A stretch of DNA of 64,000 nt from Desulfomonilia bacterium (lineage in GTDB: Bacteria > Desulfobacterota > Desulfomonilia > UBA1062), in the NCBI GenBank assembly GCA_963664325.2, contig CAXXDQ010000004.1, positions 544,001-608,000 on the forward strand, written 5' to 3'. The notes beneath the pieces were generated by a model that was not told the DNA's origin, made no database searches, and was given only the letters and a program-made list of their open reading frames with translations. A program made the position numbers and the translations under genes. Shown here piece after piece: positions 20,397-30,073 of this stretch (position 1 is the first letter of the stretch; every line of letters starts with the position of its first letter).

Positions 20397-21034
20397 TTGA
20401 CACCTCCGGGTTCTTTACCTGCAAGCACCGACCTCATCACCAGCCGCTCGATTTCAGATGAAATATATGATGAAGAATTTTCATACATCTTTCTCATTGC
20501 CTTCGGAGCATTGTCCTTCGAGCAAAGAAGCGGGATAATTGTGTTCGATGATATTATACCGCCAAGGATCATAACATGAACAAGCGGAGGCAGTGTTTTT
20601 ATAAAAACACCGGTTTTTGTTCCAGCCTCGATAACCCCGGTAATAATGGAAATGATCCTTAACAGGTCTTTAAAGAAAATATCAGGAAGGTTGATGCCGC
20701 CCGAGGCAATCTCACGCATCATTATCCGGGGCATTTCAGGGATGCATCCGATGGCGCTGTAAAGCTCTCTTACATATGTTCTCAGCTTTTCTTCAGGATT
20801 GCCTGCATTTTTTAATTCCTGTTCAACCCTCTCTGCCACCCTTCCGATCACGCCGTGCAGAACCTCTGCATATAATGCCTTTTTGTCTCCCACATGGTAA
20901 TAGAGCATGGCCTTGTTAACGCATGCCCTTCGCGCAATTTCGTCGACACGGGCACCTTCAAAACCCTTTTCTGCAAATTCGCCCAGTGCGGCATTGAGAA
21001 TCTTATCAGTTACCCCATCCTTTTTATCCGACAT
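20393..21034 (-). CDS. TetR/AcrR regulator
   Basis: EFAEKGFEGARVDEIA...LYYH HTH; SD before ATG 21034. Confidence 0.9.
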   Translation of the reverse strand: MSDKKDGVTDKILNAALGEFAEKGFEGARVDEIARRACVNKAMLYYHVGDKKALYAEVLHGVIGRVAERVEQELKNAGNPEEKLRTYVRELYSAIGCIPEMPRIMMREIASGGINLPDIFFKDLLRIISIITGVIEAGTKTGVFIKTLPPLVHVMILGGIISSNTIIPLLCSKDNAPKAMRKMYENSSSYISSEIERLVMRSVLAGKEPGGVK

Positions 21035-21056
21035 CACTAATCCCCTTTTAGATACA

Positions 21057-21091
21057 TTAACTAAACGGTAGGTTAAACTAACTGGATAGTT
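21057..21091. promoter_or_regulatory. Probable TetR operators (two imperfect palindromes)
   Basis: TTAACTAAACGGTAGGTTAA and AACTAACTGGATAGTT directly upstream of tetR. Confidence 0.5.
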
Positions 21092-21471
21092 AACACTTAA
21101 ACAAAAGAAAAACAAGTTTTTTATTTCTTTTTTACGGGAATTACGCTATATATTTATTCAGGATGTGCATAATTGGTTATGTGTTGGCTTGTATGACATA
21201 TTGTTATGGGATTGTTTCTTGATATTTTCACAATTAAACTGACACACTGAAATTTTTTATTGTGGTTTTATCTTTATTTCCCCGTGTTCGAATTTCAATA
21301 TTTGCAATAGTATTCGGCTTATAAAAAATTTTGCTCATCCTTGAAAGGCATATATAAATGCCCATATATAAAAGGAGATGTTAAAAAAACACTTCATTGC
21401 AAAAGGAAATAACGAAGCAATGCTAACAATGGAAAACCAATGTTCTGGAATTTTTTAAAAGGAGAAAGCTT

Positions 21472-21912
21472 ATGAAAAAAACTTTGTTAAAAAGTTTTTT
21501 ACTGACAACCGTACTGGCTGTAATTGCCGTTTCATGGGCAACTGCAGCCCCTGTTGGAATGGATAATATCAAGGAATTATATTTTTCAGAATCAGGGTTA
21601 TATTTGAAATATTCGTTGAATCCATCAGACGGCACATATCAGGAAGATATAAGGCTAGACAGCTTCGGAAATTATTCAAATTGGTGCCAGACATACACTT
21701 TCGATTCCAGCAATTACCCCGATAATGCTTTTATCCTGTTATCCGATGTGAAACCTGATGCCGATATGATCTGGCTCGATTATTCCAACTGCAAAAGACC
21801 GGAACCCGCTCCTGTGCCTGAACCCCGTACAATAGCGCTGCTTGGTTTAGGTTTGATCTCGGCAGGGATAATGCTCAAAAAGAGGATTCTGAAAAATCCA
21901 TCAGCGGCATAA
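21472..21912 (+). CDS. PEP-CTERM sorting-domain protein
   Basis: Signal peptide; C-terminal VPEP + TM (TIALLGLGLISAGIML) + KKR. Confidence 0.88.
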   Translation: MKKTLLKSFLLTTVLAVIAVSWATAAPVGMDNIKELYFSESGLYLKYSLNPSDGTYQEDIRLDSFGNYSNWCQTYTFDSSNYPDNAFILLSDVKPDADMIWLDYSNCKRPEPAPVPEPRTIALLGLGLISAGIMLKKRILKNPSAA

Positions 21913-22146
21913 AATAATTTGCAAAGATTAAAATCAGTATGCTGAAAATGTTACCGGTTCAAAGGAACTTGATCGTAACGTATAAAATTTGAGGATCAGG
22001 CTTTAAGGTGCGGTTAAGCTTAACAGGCAGGTTTTAATTTGTCTTTTCACACTGCTCCAAACTGAGATGTCATGGCGAACAGGAAACTTGTTTTAAAATA
22101 AGTATGCATAAACAATACTCACAGCTAATTTATAAGTTTGCAGGTG

Positions 22147-23403
22147 TTAGTCGTTTTCGATTCCCGCCTCTGCCCTGCTCATATCCCTGAAATTGTTAAC
22201 TCCAGTGAAGAATTCCCGCATCATGATCACCCAGTAATAGCGCCCCTTTTCTGTCAGCTGAAGAGTTTCAGGGGTAGTTTTCATGGCGCCAATAAGGGAA
22301 AAGAACATACATTCAAATGGAAGAAGCTTCCAAGGGTCTTTACCGAACCTTTGAATAAAAATGCCTCTCGGCACTTTTAATCCGAAAAGCCCCATTAGAA
22401 AAATATATCGTGCAAGTTCTTTTTTTGAGAATTTCTTTCTTGCATAAACCGGAAGTTTTCCGTCCCGGAGGTCTTTTATGTATCGTCTGATGGAAAATGT
22501 ATTTGCGTATATTGAACCGCTTGCTAGTCCGAACGCCCCGCTTCCAATTCCGGCATAATCTTCGTTGGACGTTATATATTCGTCAATCATTGCTTCTGAC
22601 AGGGAATAACACCAAGCAGACTGTGGAGAATAATCCGGTGAAAGATTTTCCGATATGATCTCATTAAAGAGCCGCTCTTTTCTCAAGCTGTGATGCCCCA
22701 TGATTTTCTTCATCTCTCTTATGGTTTCGTCTGAAACCATCAGTGGGTAAAAAGTGATCTGGTCGGGCCTTATATTATTAAGTATATATATATCATTAAG
22801 TAACTGGTCACTGTTTTGGACAGGATAATTATAGATCATATCAATATTTAGAGTTCCAATAATATTTTTTATGTATGATATTTTATCGTTCAGTTCATCT
22901 CCGCTGCCGTATTTTTCATATCTTCCGATTAATTTGAGTATATCATCATTGAATGTCTGAACCCCGACCGAAACCCGCCCTACTCCCAGATCGGCTAAAG
23001 CACAAAAATAATCTTTACTCAAAGTGTCGGGGTTTGTTTCAACAGATATGTCCCTGGGTTTATAGAGCTTGTGTATTAGCTTTAAAGTCTCGGCAAGTTC
23101 ATCCATCAATATTGTCGGAGTTCCACCGCCAATGTAGATTTCTGAAAATCTGAAACCTCTTTGTTCATATATCTCAAGCTCTTTCCTCAGGGCCAGGTAA
23201 TATGACCTAGTCAGATCTTCCCTGAACGCTACCCTGTGAAATGAACAATAGGGACAAAGCACCCTGCAGAATGGAATGTGTATGTACAGTTGAATATTCT
23301 TTTCTGGTGCTTCCGGGGGTTCGCAATGGCCAAACTCACTGAAACCAAGATAATCTGTTGTTTTGAACTTCATGAAATTCGAAATGAAAGTATCAATTAT
23401 CAT
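22147..23403 (-). CDS. HemN-like class C radical SAM, probable menaquinone methyltransferase (MenK/MqnK)
   Basis: YIHIPFCRVLCPYCSFH, GGGTP, QITFYPLM and MMREFFTGVNNFRD motifs. Confidence 0.7.
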   Translation of the reverse strand: MIIDTFISNFMKFKTTDYLGFSEFGHCEPPEAPEKNIQLYIHIPFCRVLCPYCSFHRVAFREDLTRSYYLALRKELEIYEQRGFRFSEIYIGGGTPTILMDELAETLKLIHKLYKPRDISVETNPDTLSKDYFCALADLGVGRVSVGVQTFNDDILKLIGRYEKYGSGDELNDKISYIKNIIGTLNIDMIYNYPVQNSDQLLNDIYILNNIRPDQITFYPLMVSDETIREMKKIMGHHSLRKERLFNEIISENLSPDYSPQSAWCYSLSEAMIDEYITSNEDYAGIGSGAFGLASGSIYANTFSIRRYIKDLRDGKLPVYARKKFSKKELARYIFLMGLFGLKVPRGIFIQRFGKDPWKLLPFECMFFSLIGAMKTTPETLQLTEKGRYYWVIMMREFFTGVNNFRDMSRAEAGIEND

Positions 23404-23534
23404 GCAGTGTATAATATTGCTTTAAGGCCCTGGGTGTCCACACCTATCCTTTATAAATTACATATCATATTGGTTGGATGATGATTTCGTGTTACGACAT
23501 TTTCAAAATCGTTCCATGGAGGGCCAGATAGGCA

Positions 23535-24185
23535 GTGATACCGGTAAAAGATACTTCTTCAAAAGGTTTTGCCGCAGTTACAATACTTATTATCATTGCG
23601 AACCTTGCGATGTTTTTCGAAGAAACCAGGACCGGCAAGGCCCTGTTTGACCTGTATGGAGTAAGCCCCCATGACATTTATCTGAACCTGATAAATGGCA
23701 GGGGGAGCCTTCTTAGAATGAACCTGTCAATATTCATATCCGGCTTTATGCATGGAGGTTATTTGCATCTTTTCAGCAATATGCTTTTTCTGTATGTGTT
23801 CGGGCCGTCCATTGAAAAAGAACTCGGGTGGATGAGATATGTAGTATTTTATACGGCAGCCATTTTCGTCTCTTTTTACATCCATACATTGTTTTATCAT
23901 AATTCGGATGTCATTGTTGTCGGGGCGTCTGGTGCGATAGCCGCCATAATGGGTGTATTCGTTATCCTGAAGCCGAGTGCAAAAATAACATCAATAATAC
24001 CGGTTTTCTTTATTATTAAGATTGCCCAGATCCCGGCATTTGTTTTTATTCTGATATGGTTTGCCCTGCAGGGATTAAATGGATATTTTACACTCGGGGC
24101 GCAGACTTCTATAGCATGGTTTTCTCATATTGGAGGTTTTGTTATGGGTTTTGTTTATGGGGCGCTTTACAGGCTGAACAGGTAA
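23535..24185 (+). CDS. Rhomboid intramembrane serine protease
   Basis: FMHGGYLHLFSNM, GASGA, SHIGGF. Confidence 0.9.
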   Translation: MIPVKDTSSKGFAAVTILIIIANLAMFFEETRTGKALFDLYGVSPHDIYLNLINGRGSLLRMNLSIFISGFMHGGYLHLFSNMLFLYVFGPSIEKELGWMRYVVFYTAAIFVSFYIHTLFYHNSDVIVVGASGAIAAIMGVFVILKPSAKITSIIPVFFIIKIAQIPAFVFILIWFALQGLNGYFTLGAQTSIAWFSHIGGFVMGFVYGALYRLNR

Positions 24186-24365
24186 TTAAAACATAATCGA
24201 TATCAAAATTATTTAAAAAATATTTGTTTTTAATCAATATATTTAAAAATTATGTAAAGTTTATTTTTTTGAATCCCGATAGGCTTGACATGAAAGATGA
24301 AGATTTAGTTCAGACAGAGTTGATTTATAATGATAACTGTTTAATATTGGTTTATAATACAGACA

Positions 24366-24650
24366 ATGAATGTACGGCGGCTCATCATAATAGGCTTTAT
24401 AATGATGGCGGCGCTAACGCTGATTTTTACAGTACCAGGCGAAAAAGGGCTTATTCAGACATACAGATTGAAGAAGGAGCTTTTTATTCTGCAATCTCAG
24501 AACGCTGCTCTAAAACAGGAGAACCAGGTGCTTGCGCAGGAAGCAAGTCTGTTAAAGGAGAGCCTTCCTTACATAGAACATATCATCACAAGAGAAATGA
24601 ACATGGTAAGGCCGGGGGACACCATCGTAATAATAAAAAAGAAAAAGTAA
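24366..24650 (+). CDS. ftsB: FtsB/DivIC septum formation initiator
   Basis: TM, GEKG, coiled coil, IEHIITREMNMVRPGD. Confidence 0.75.
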   Translation: MNVRRLIIIGFIMMAALTLIFTVPGEKGLIQTYRLKKELFILQSQNAALKQENQVLAQEASLLKESLPYIEHIITREMNMVRPGDTIVIIKKKK

Positions 24651-24668
24651 TATTTGCGGGGTGAGTGA

Positions 24669-25727
24669 ATGCTTTTCGGCAAAAAAACCTTGTTAGGCTT
24701 GGACATCGGGTCACAAAGCATCAAAATGGTGGATCTGGAAAAAACCCGATCCGGATATGAATTAAAGTCCATGGGAATCGCTATTGTGCCTTCTGAGTGC
24801 ATAGTAGACAAAGATATAATGGATTCGGAAACGGTTGTTGAGACAATAAGAAACCTGAGGGATAATCTGAAAATCTCGCCAAAAGGTACGGCCACAGCTG
24901 TTTCCGGCCACTCTGTAATTGTCAAGAAGGCCGAAATATCAACAATGTCGAGAGCCGAACTTGAACAGACGTTGATGGTTGAAGCGGAGCAATACATACC
25001 TTTTGACATCAATGATGTTTACCTTGACTTTCATATCCTTGGAGAAAGCCTTGAGAGACAGGACATGATGGATGTCCTTTTTGTAGCATCAAAAAGAGAA
25101 CTCGTGGATGATTATTCATCGGTTATAAAGAATGCCGGCCTCAAACCATTAATTGTTGACGTGGATGTCTTTGCTATCGAAAACATGTATCATTCCAATT
25201 ATCCGGATGCTCCTGAAACTATTGTTGCCCTTGTTGATGTAGGGGCATCAATGATTAATATAAATGTAATGAGAGAGGGTACTTCGATTTTTGCGAGAGA
25301 TATTTCAATGGGCGGCCGTCAGATGACCGAACGCATACAAAGGGAATTCGGAGTCAGCTTTGAAAGGGCGGAAAATATAAAATGCGGTGCAAGCATAGAG
25401 GGAATTGATCTCGAACGTGTAAATTATATTTTCAAGATGGCTTCTGAAACGTATGCCCAGGAAATAAAAAGGACACTGGATTTTTTCCTCTCCACAATGG
25501 TGAATGAAAATATAGAAAAGATTTACATAAGCGGCGGTGGTGCAAGAATGCCTGGATTGATCTCTCTTATGCAAAAACAAAACGAAATACCTGTTGAGAT
25601 CATTAACCCGTTCAACAATATTACATGGAATGAAAAAAATTTTGATCCTGCATACATGGCCTATATTGCCCCGCAGATGGCAGTTGCAGTAGGCCTGGCG
25701 TTAAGGAGGGCGGATTACAAATGGTAA
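24669..25727 (+). CDS. pilM: Type IV pilus assembly protein PilM
   Basis: GLDIGS, EAEQYIPF, VDVGA, SGGGA, AVGLALR. Confidence 0.94.
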   Translation: MLFGKKTLLGLDIGSQSIKMVDLEKTRSGYELKSMGIAIVPSECIVDKDIMDSETVVETIRNLRDNLKISPKGTATAVSGHSVIVKKAEISTMSRAELEQTLMVEAEQYIPFDINDVYLDFHILGESLERQDMMDVLFVASKRELVDDYSSVIKNAGLKPLIVDVDVFAIENMYHSNYPDAPETIVALVDVGASMININVMREGTSIFARDISMGGRQMTERIQREFGVSFERAENIKCGASIEGIDLERVNYIFKMASETYAQEIKRTLDFFLSTMVNENIEKIYISGGGARMPGLISLMQKQNEIPVEIINPFNNITWNEKNFDPAYMAYIAPQMAVAVGLALRRADYKW

Positions 25728-26257
25728 CGATCAATCTGCTTCCGGTAAAAGATGAGTTAAGGCTGAATGCCATCATACAGCACATCGTAGTGTTTGCCGT
25801 ATGTATCGGTATAGTTGTTATTGGCCTTGGTGTCCTTCAGGGAACGATGAAAAAACAAAAATCCATGATCGAAAGTGATATTCAGGCAACACAGATCCAG
25901 ATTAAAGAACTTAAAGTCAAGGCAGAAGAGATTGAAAAAGTTAAGAAACGCAGGATGGAACTGGAGAAAAAACTTCAGGTCATCAATGACTTGAGTACTC
26001 AGAAAACAGGCCCGGTGGAGGATCTGGATGAATTAAGCATGCTTATCCCCGAAAAGGCATGGATCGGTTCCTTTACAAACACGGGCGATAAGGTGATAAT
26101 AGACGGCACCGCAGTCGATAATACAATCATTGCCGAATTCATGAAACGACTGCAGGGATCTAAGCATTACACTGATGTGGAGCTTGTCTTTTCCCAACAG
26201 GAAGGACTTAACCATAAATTTGTGATTCAGTGTAAAATCAAAAAGATTCAAAATTGA
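25721..26257 (+). CDS. pilN: PilN
   Basis: INLLP motif, TM, coiled coil; operon order. Confidence 0.9.
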   Translation: MVTINLLPVKDELRLNAIIQHIVVFAVCIGIVVIGLGVLQGTMKKQKSMIESDIQATQIQIKELKVKAEEIEKVKKRRMELEKKLQVINDLSTQKTGPVEDLDELSMLIPEKAWIGSFTNTGDKVIIDGTAVDNTIIAEFMKRLQGSKHYTDVELVFSQQEGLNHKFVIQCKIKKIQN

Positions 26258-26258
26258 G

Positions 26259-26855
26259 GTGGGCATGAATATCAATAAGATAATAGATATTCTACTGCAT
26301 CAGAAAACGGCTTCAAAGATGCTTATTATGCTGGCCGTTATTGTAATAATTGCCGGCCTGTACTGGTACTTTTTGTACAAGCCTCTCAGGGAAGAAATTA
26401 ATATCCTTCAACCCGAACAGGCAAAGCTCAAGAGCGAACTTATGAAAGTTCAGGCAATTGTTGCAGAAAAACCAAAATACGATGCAATGCTTGAGCAGAC
26501 CAAAATGGACTTGCTGGTTGCACTTAAACAGCTTCCGGATAAAAGTGAGATTCCATCGCTTCTTGAAAATGTTTCCTCTCTGGGTAAATCTTCAGGTCTT
26601 GAATTCCAATTATTCAAACCGAGGGTTGAAGTACCGAAAAACTTTTATGCGGAAATCCCCGTTGATATTAAGGTTGAAGGAACATTTAAGGATATTGTGG
26701 ATTTCTTTGATAAGGTATCAAAAATGCCAAGAATCGTAAATATATCCGATATAGCCATTGGCACTCCTAAGAGGGGATATGGTGGTTCCACCATTGTGGA
26801 TACATCATGCGTTGCAACCACATACAAGTTTATTGAAGGGGTAAGCACGCAATGA
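26259..26855 (+). CDS. pilO: PilO
   Basis: LPDKSEIPSLL, FYAEIP, MPRIVN. Confidence 0.92.
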   Translation: MGMNINKIIDILLHQKTASKMLIMLAVIVIIAGLYWYFLYKPLREEINILQPEQAKLKSELMKVQAIVAEKPKYDAMLEQTKMDLLVALKQLPDKSEIPSLLENVSSLGKSSGLEFQLFKPRVEVPKNFYAEIPVDIKVEGTFKDIVDFFDKVSKMPRIVNISDIAIGTPKRGYGGSTIVDTSCVATTYKFIEGVSTQ

Positions 26856-27361
26856 ACAAGGATATACTGATAGCGGTATTGATAGGGGCAGCTCTCATAT
26901 TTTCCGGCTGCACAGGGAAAAAGGAAGCGGCTTCGGTCAGTAGTTTGTCAACACCAAAACCCAGTAAAATTCAAAATCTGAAACCTGTTACCACTAAAGT
27001 GGAGGAACAGAAAACAGAATATACAGTGCAGGGAGTAAGAGACCCCTTCCAGCCATATGAAATCATTAGACTGGATGACAGGTCTAAAATGACTACTGCT
27101 GATATATTGCAGAATATAACCCTTGGACAGGTTTCCCTGGTAGGTGTTATCCTTGATAAAGACCCGAAAGCCCTTGTCCAGGATGCAAGCAATACGGGTT
27201 ATATTATCAAGGAAGGCATGCACATTGGAGAAAATTCAGGTATAGTAACAAAAATAAGCAGTAATGGTGTCACTATAAAACAACACTTCAAGGACTACAT
27301 GGGAAAAGTCAACACCAGAGAAGTTGTATTGACGCTTAAGAAAGAAGAGGGGGAAAAGTAG
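26852..27361 (+). CDS. pilP: PilP lipoprotein
   Basis: Lipobox FSGC, RDPF, IGENSG. Confidence 0.88.
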   Translation: MNKDILIAVLIGAALIFSGCTGKKEAASVSSLSTPKPSKIQNLKPVTTKVEEQKTEYTVQGVRDPFQPYEIIRLDDRSKMTTADILQNITLGQVSLVGVILDKDPKALVQDASNTGYIIKEGMHIGENSGIVTKISSNGVTIKQHFKDYMGKVNTREVVLTLKKEEGEK

Positions 27362-27362
27362 T

Positions 27363-29204
27363 ATGAAGAATAAAATCATACAGCTACTTGTAATAGGCAT
27401 GATAGCCTTACCTGCTTACTCATATGCATTAACTGTAAAAAGTGTTGACTTTATGAATGTTAAAAACAAGTCACGTATACAGATAGGGCTGGACGGTAAG
27501 GCATCTTATGATGTTTCTAAAAAAGGAGAGATTGTAATTCTGAAAATTGAAGGGGCCAAGATACCGGCAAACCTTTCAAGACCTTTTTTAACTTCCGATT
27601 TTGTTACACCTATCGATAACTTCTTACCTAAGCAGGAAGGGAAAAATGTCATATTTGAAATAACAATGAAAAAAATGTCTCCATATTTCATTACCCAGGA
27701 TAAGAACCAGATTCTTATGGATTTCGATATCCCGGCAGATATGAAAGGAACTCAGGCAGCAAGCCGAGAAAATGTTCCCAAAGTCGTTTCTGCACCCCCC
27801 AAGAAAAAAGCTTCTGGTGAAAAAACCATTACTGTTTCCAAAGCAGATGTTGACGAATTATCGTCTCGCAGCAAGCAACCGACAACTCTCGATACATTTA
27901 AACCAAAATACAAGGGGCAACCCATAACACTGGATTTCCAGAATGCTGATATCCAAAATGTATTGAGAATAATTGCGGATGTAAGCGGGTTGAATATCGT
28001 TACTTCCGATGAAGTCAAAGGGCAAATCACAATACGACTGAAGGATATCCCCTGGGATCAGGCACTTGATGTTATTCTTGAGAGCAAGGATCTTTCAAAG
28101 ATGCAACTTGGCAATGTTGTGAGGATTGCCCCGGCTGATAAGATAAAGACAGCTCAGGACAGAATTATTGCTTCTCAAAAGACAGAGGAGCAGCTTGAAC
28201 CGCTTTACACTTCGGTAATACCGGTGAATTTTTCCAAGTCGACAGAAATGATTAACCTATTAAAAGGCAAGGAAATAGGCATTCTTACTGATAGAGGTAC
28301 TATAGTTGCTGATGCTAGGACAAACGTCCTGATCGTCAAGGACATCCAGAAAAGTGTAGATGCAATTTCTGCAATGATTAAAAGGCTGGATAAACCGACA
28401 CCGCAGGTTCTAATAACCGCCAGGGTTGTTCAGGCTGACGATTCGTTTTTAAAGGCTCTAGGCGTAGCATGGGGCGGTGCATACAGGTCGCAGTCAAACA
28501 AGTCGTTCTTCGGTCTGACTGGAAAGACTACGGGTGCTGCAACAAGTCTGTTTGATTCAACGACGGTTGCCGGTAAAAATCCTACATGGACAACGTCTGT
28601 TCTTCCTACTCCAGCGATGGCAGTAAATTTCCCTCAGAATCAGGCGGCGGGTATTGGAATACAGCTCGGCAGACTTGCCGGAAGCATGGTTGATCTCGAT
28701 CTAAGGCTTGATATCGGCGAGACCGACGGTACTACAAAGGTTATCGCAAGGCCGAAGGTTATTACACTGGATAACAAAAAAGCATCGATAAAACAGGGTG
28801 AAAAATACCCTTATGTTGTCCGAAACCAGGAAGGACAGCTGTCAACCGAACTGAAAGATATAGATCTGGTGCTGGAAGTTACACCCAGGATTGCTTTTGA
28901 CGGCAGCATTAATATGGAGGTGAAAGTTGTCAGAGACTCTCTTGGAGCGATTACAAACTCCCTGGGTGACCCGAGTATCTCAAACAGGGAAGTGACTACC
29001 GAAGTTATGGTCAAGGATGGAGAGACTCTCGTAATCGGCGGAATTATTGAAGAGGAAATTAAAAATAACGTTCAAAAGGTCCCGTTCCTTGGGGATATTC
29101 CAGTCATGGGATGGCTTTTCAAGTCCAAGAGGAAAGAAACAACAAAGAGAGAACTCGTGATATTCATAAGTCCGCATGTGATTGATAATATTGCATTAAA
29201 ATAG
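27363..29204 (+). CDS. pilQ: Type IV pilus secretin PilQ
   Basis: LDFQNADI, IPWDQALD, DGETLVIGG, VPFLGDIP..GWLFK. Confidence 0.94.
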   Translation: MKNKIIQLLVIGMIALPAYSYALTVKSVDFMNVKNKSRIQIGLDGKASYDVSKKGEIVILKIEGAKIPANLSRPFLTSDFVTPIDNFLPKQEGKNVIFEITMKKMSPYFITQDKNQILMDFDIPADMKGTQAASRENVPKVVSAPPKKKASGEKTITVSKADVDELSSRSKQPTTLDTFKPKYKGQPITLDFQNADIQNVLRIIADVSGLNIVTSDEVKGQITIRLKDIPWDQALDVILESKDLSKMQLGNVVRIAPADKIKTAQDRIIASQKTEEQLEPLYTSVIPVNFSKSTEMINLLKGKEIGILTDRGTIVADARTNVLIVKDIQKSVDAISAMIKRLDKPTPQVLITARVVQADDSFLKALGVAWGGAYRSQSNKSFFGLTGKTTGAATSLFDSTTVAGKNPTWTTSVLPTPAMAVNFPQNQAAGIGIQLGRLAGSMVDLDLRLDIGETDGTTKVIARPKVITLDNKKASIKQGEKYPYVVRNQEGQLSTELKDIDLVLEVTPRIAFDGSINMEVKVVRDSLGAITNSLGDPSISNREVTTEVMVKDGETLVIGGIIEEEIKNNVQKVPFLGDIPVMGWLFKSKRKETTKRELVIFISPHVIDNIALK

Positions 29205-29224
29205 ACACAGAGAAAGTCATAAAG

Positions 29225-29257
29225 AATCCCCGGTTTATATTTTGACCGGGGATTTTC
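29225..29257 (+). terminator. Terminator after pilQ
   Basis: AATCCCCGGT...ACCGGGGATT hairpin followed by Ts. Confidence 0.7.
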
Positions 29258-29359
29258 ATTTGTAATCAAATTCTTAAACAGCTAAAGATAATCCACATTG
29301 ACAGTTGTGTTGTATAATTAATATAAGCTACAGGAACAACTGAGGAGGTTAAATGGCAT

Positions 29360-30073
29360 ATGGCTAATATTGACCGCAAAGAACTTGTAAAGACGCAGGA
29401 TTCATTTATTACAAGTACCGGCACTGTCGTTCAATGGATAAAAAACAACCCGTTCAGATTTGTCTCTGCCGTATTGATTATAATTATCATTGCCGGTGGT
29501 ATTTCCGGTTTTATCTACTGGAAAACATCCCGTGAAGACAAGGCGCTCAGTTCGCTTGTAAAGGCAGGGAGCAATTTAAAGCAAATAAGCGAAGTTGCCT
29601 TGAAATATGCTGACACTAAAGCCGGAAAGATGTCAAAGCTGAGACTTGCTGGGCTGGCCTTTGATAAATCGAATTTTAAGGAGGCCGTGAAAAATGCAGA
29701 TGAGTTCATAGAAGGCTGGGGTACGCAGGATGTTCTTTTCTATCAGGCAATGATGATACGTGCCATGTCGTATATGGAATTAAAAGATATACCCAAGGCC
29801 TTGGAGTCGCTGGATAAATGTGAAAAGGGTGCATCCGGTGTAATAAAGGATCAGGCTGTTTTTTTAAAGGCAATAGAGCTGAATGCATCAGGAAAAAAGA
29901 ATGAGGCAATTGATCTGTTGAAGAAAATATCTGCAGATCAGCCAAAAGCAATCGGCGAGAAAAAGGATGTCAAGAAATTGCCGGATAACGAGTCTTCAAA
30001 TTACAGGGAAATGGCAAAAGCAACTCTATCGGATATAAATTTTTCTGGGGGAGCCGGTATAAATGCAAAATAA
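29360..30073 (+). CDS. YfgM-like membrane-anchored TPR protein
   Basis: Single TM followed by TPR-like helices; KTQDSF N-terminus. Confidence 0.7.
   Translation: MANIDRKELVKTQDSFITSTGTVVQWIKNNPFRFVSAVLIIIIIAGGISGFIYWKTSREDKALSSLVKAGSNLKQISEVALKYADTKAGKMSKLRLAGLAFDKSNFKEAVKNADEFIEGWGTQDVLFYQAMMIRAMSYMELKDIPKALESLDKCEKGASGVIKDQAVFLKAIELNASGKKNEAIDLLKKISADQPKAIGEKKDVKKLPDNESSNYREMAKATLSDINFSGGAGINAK

Noticed and set aside
21346-21363. Sigma-54 promoter for the PEP-CTERM gene
   Set aside because: GG-to-GC spacing is 11 nt rather than the required 10.
23535-24185. Rhomboid as a dedicated sortase for the nearby PEP-CTERM protein
   Set aside because: PEP-CTERM proteins are processed by exosortases; this looks like a generic rhomboid and no GlyGly-CTERM target is seen.
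24224-24664. 146-aa ORF upstream of pilM
   Set aside because: It overlaps the better-supported ftsB-like frame.
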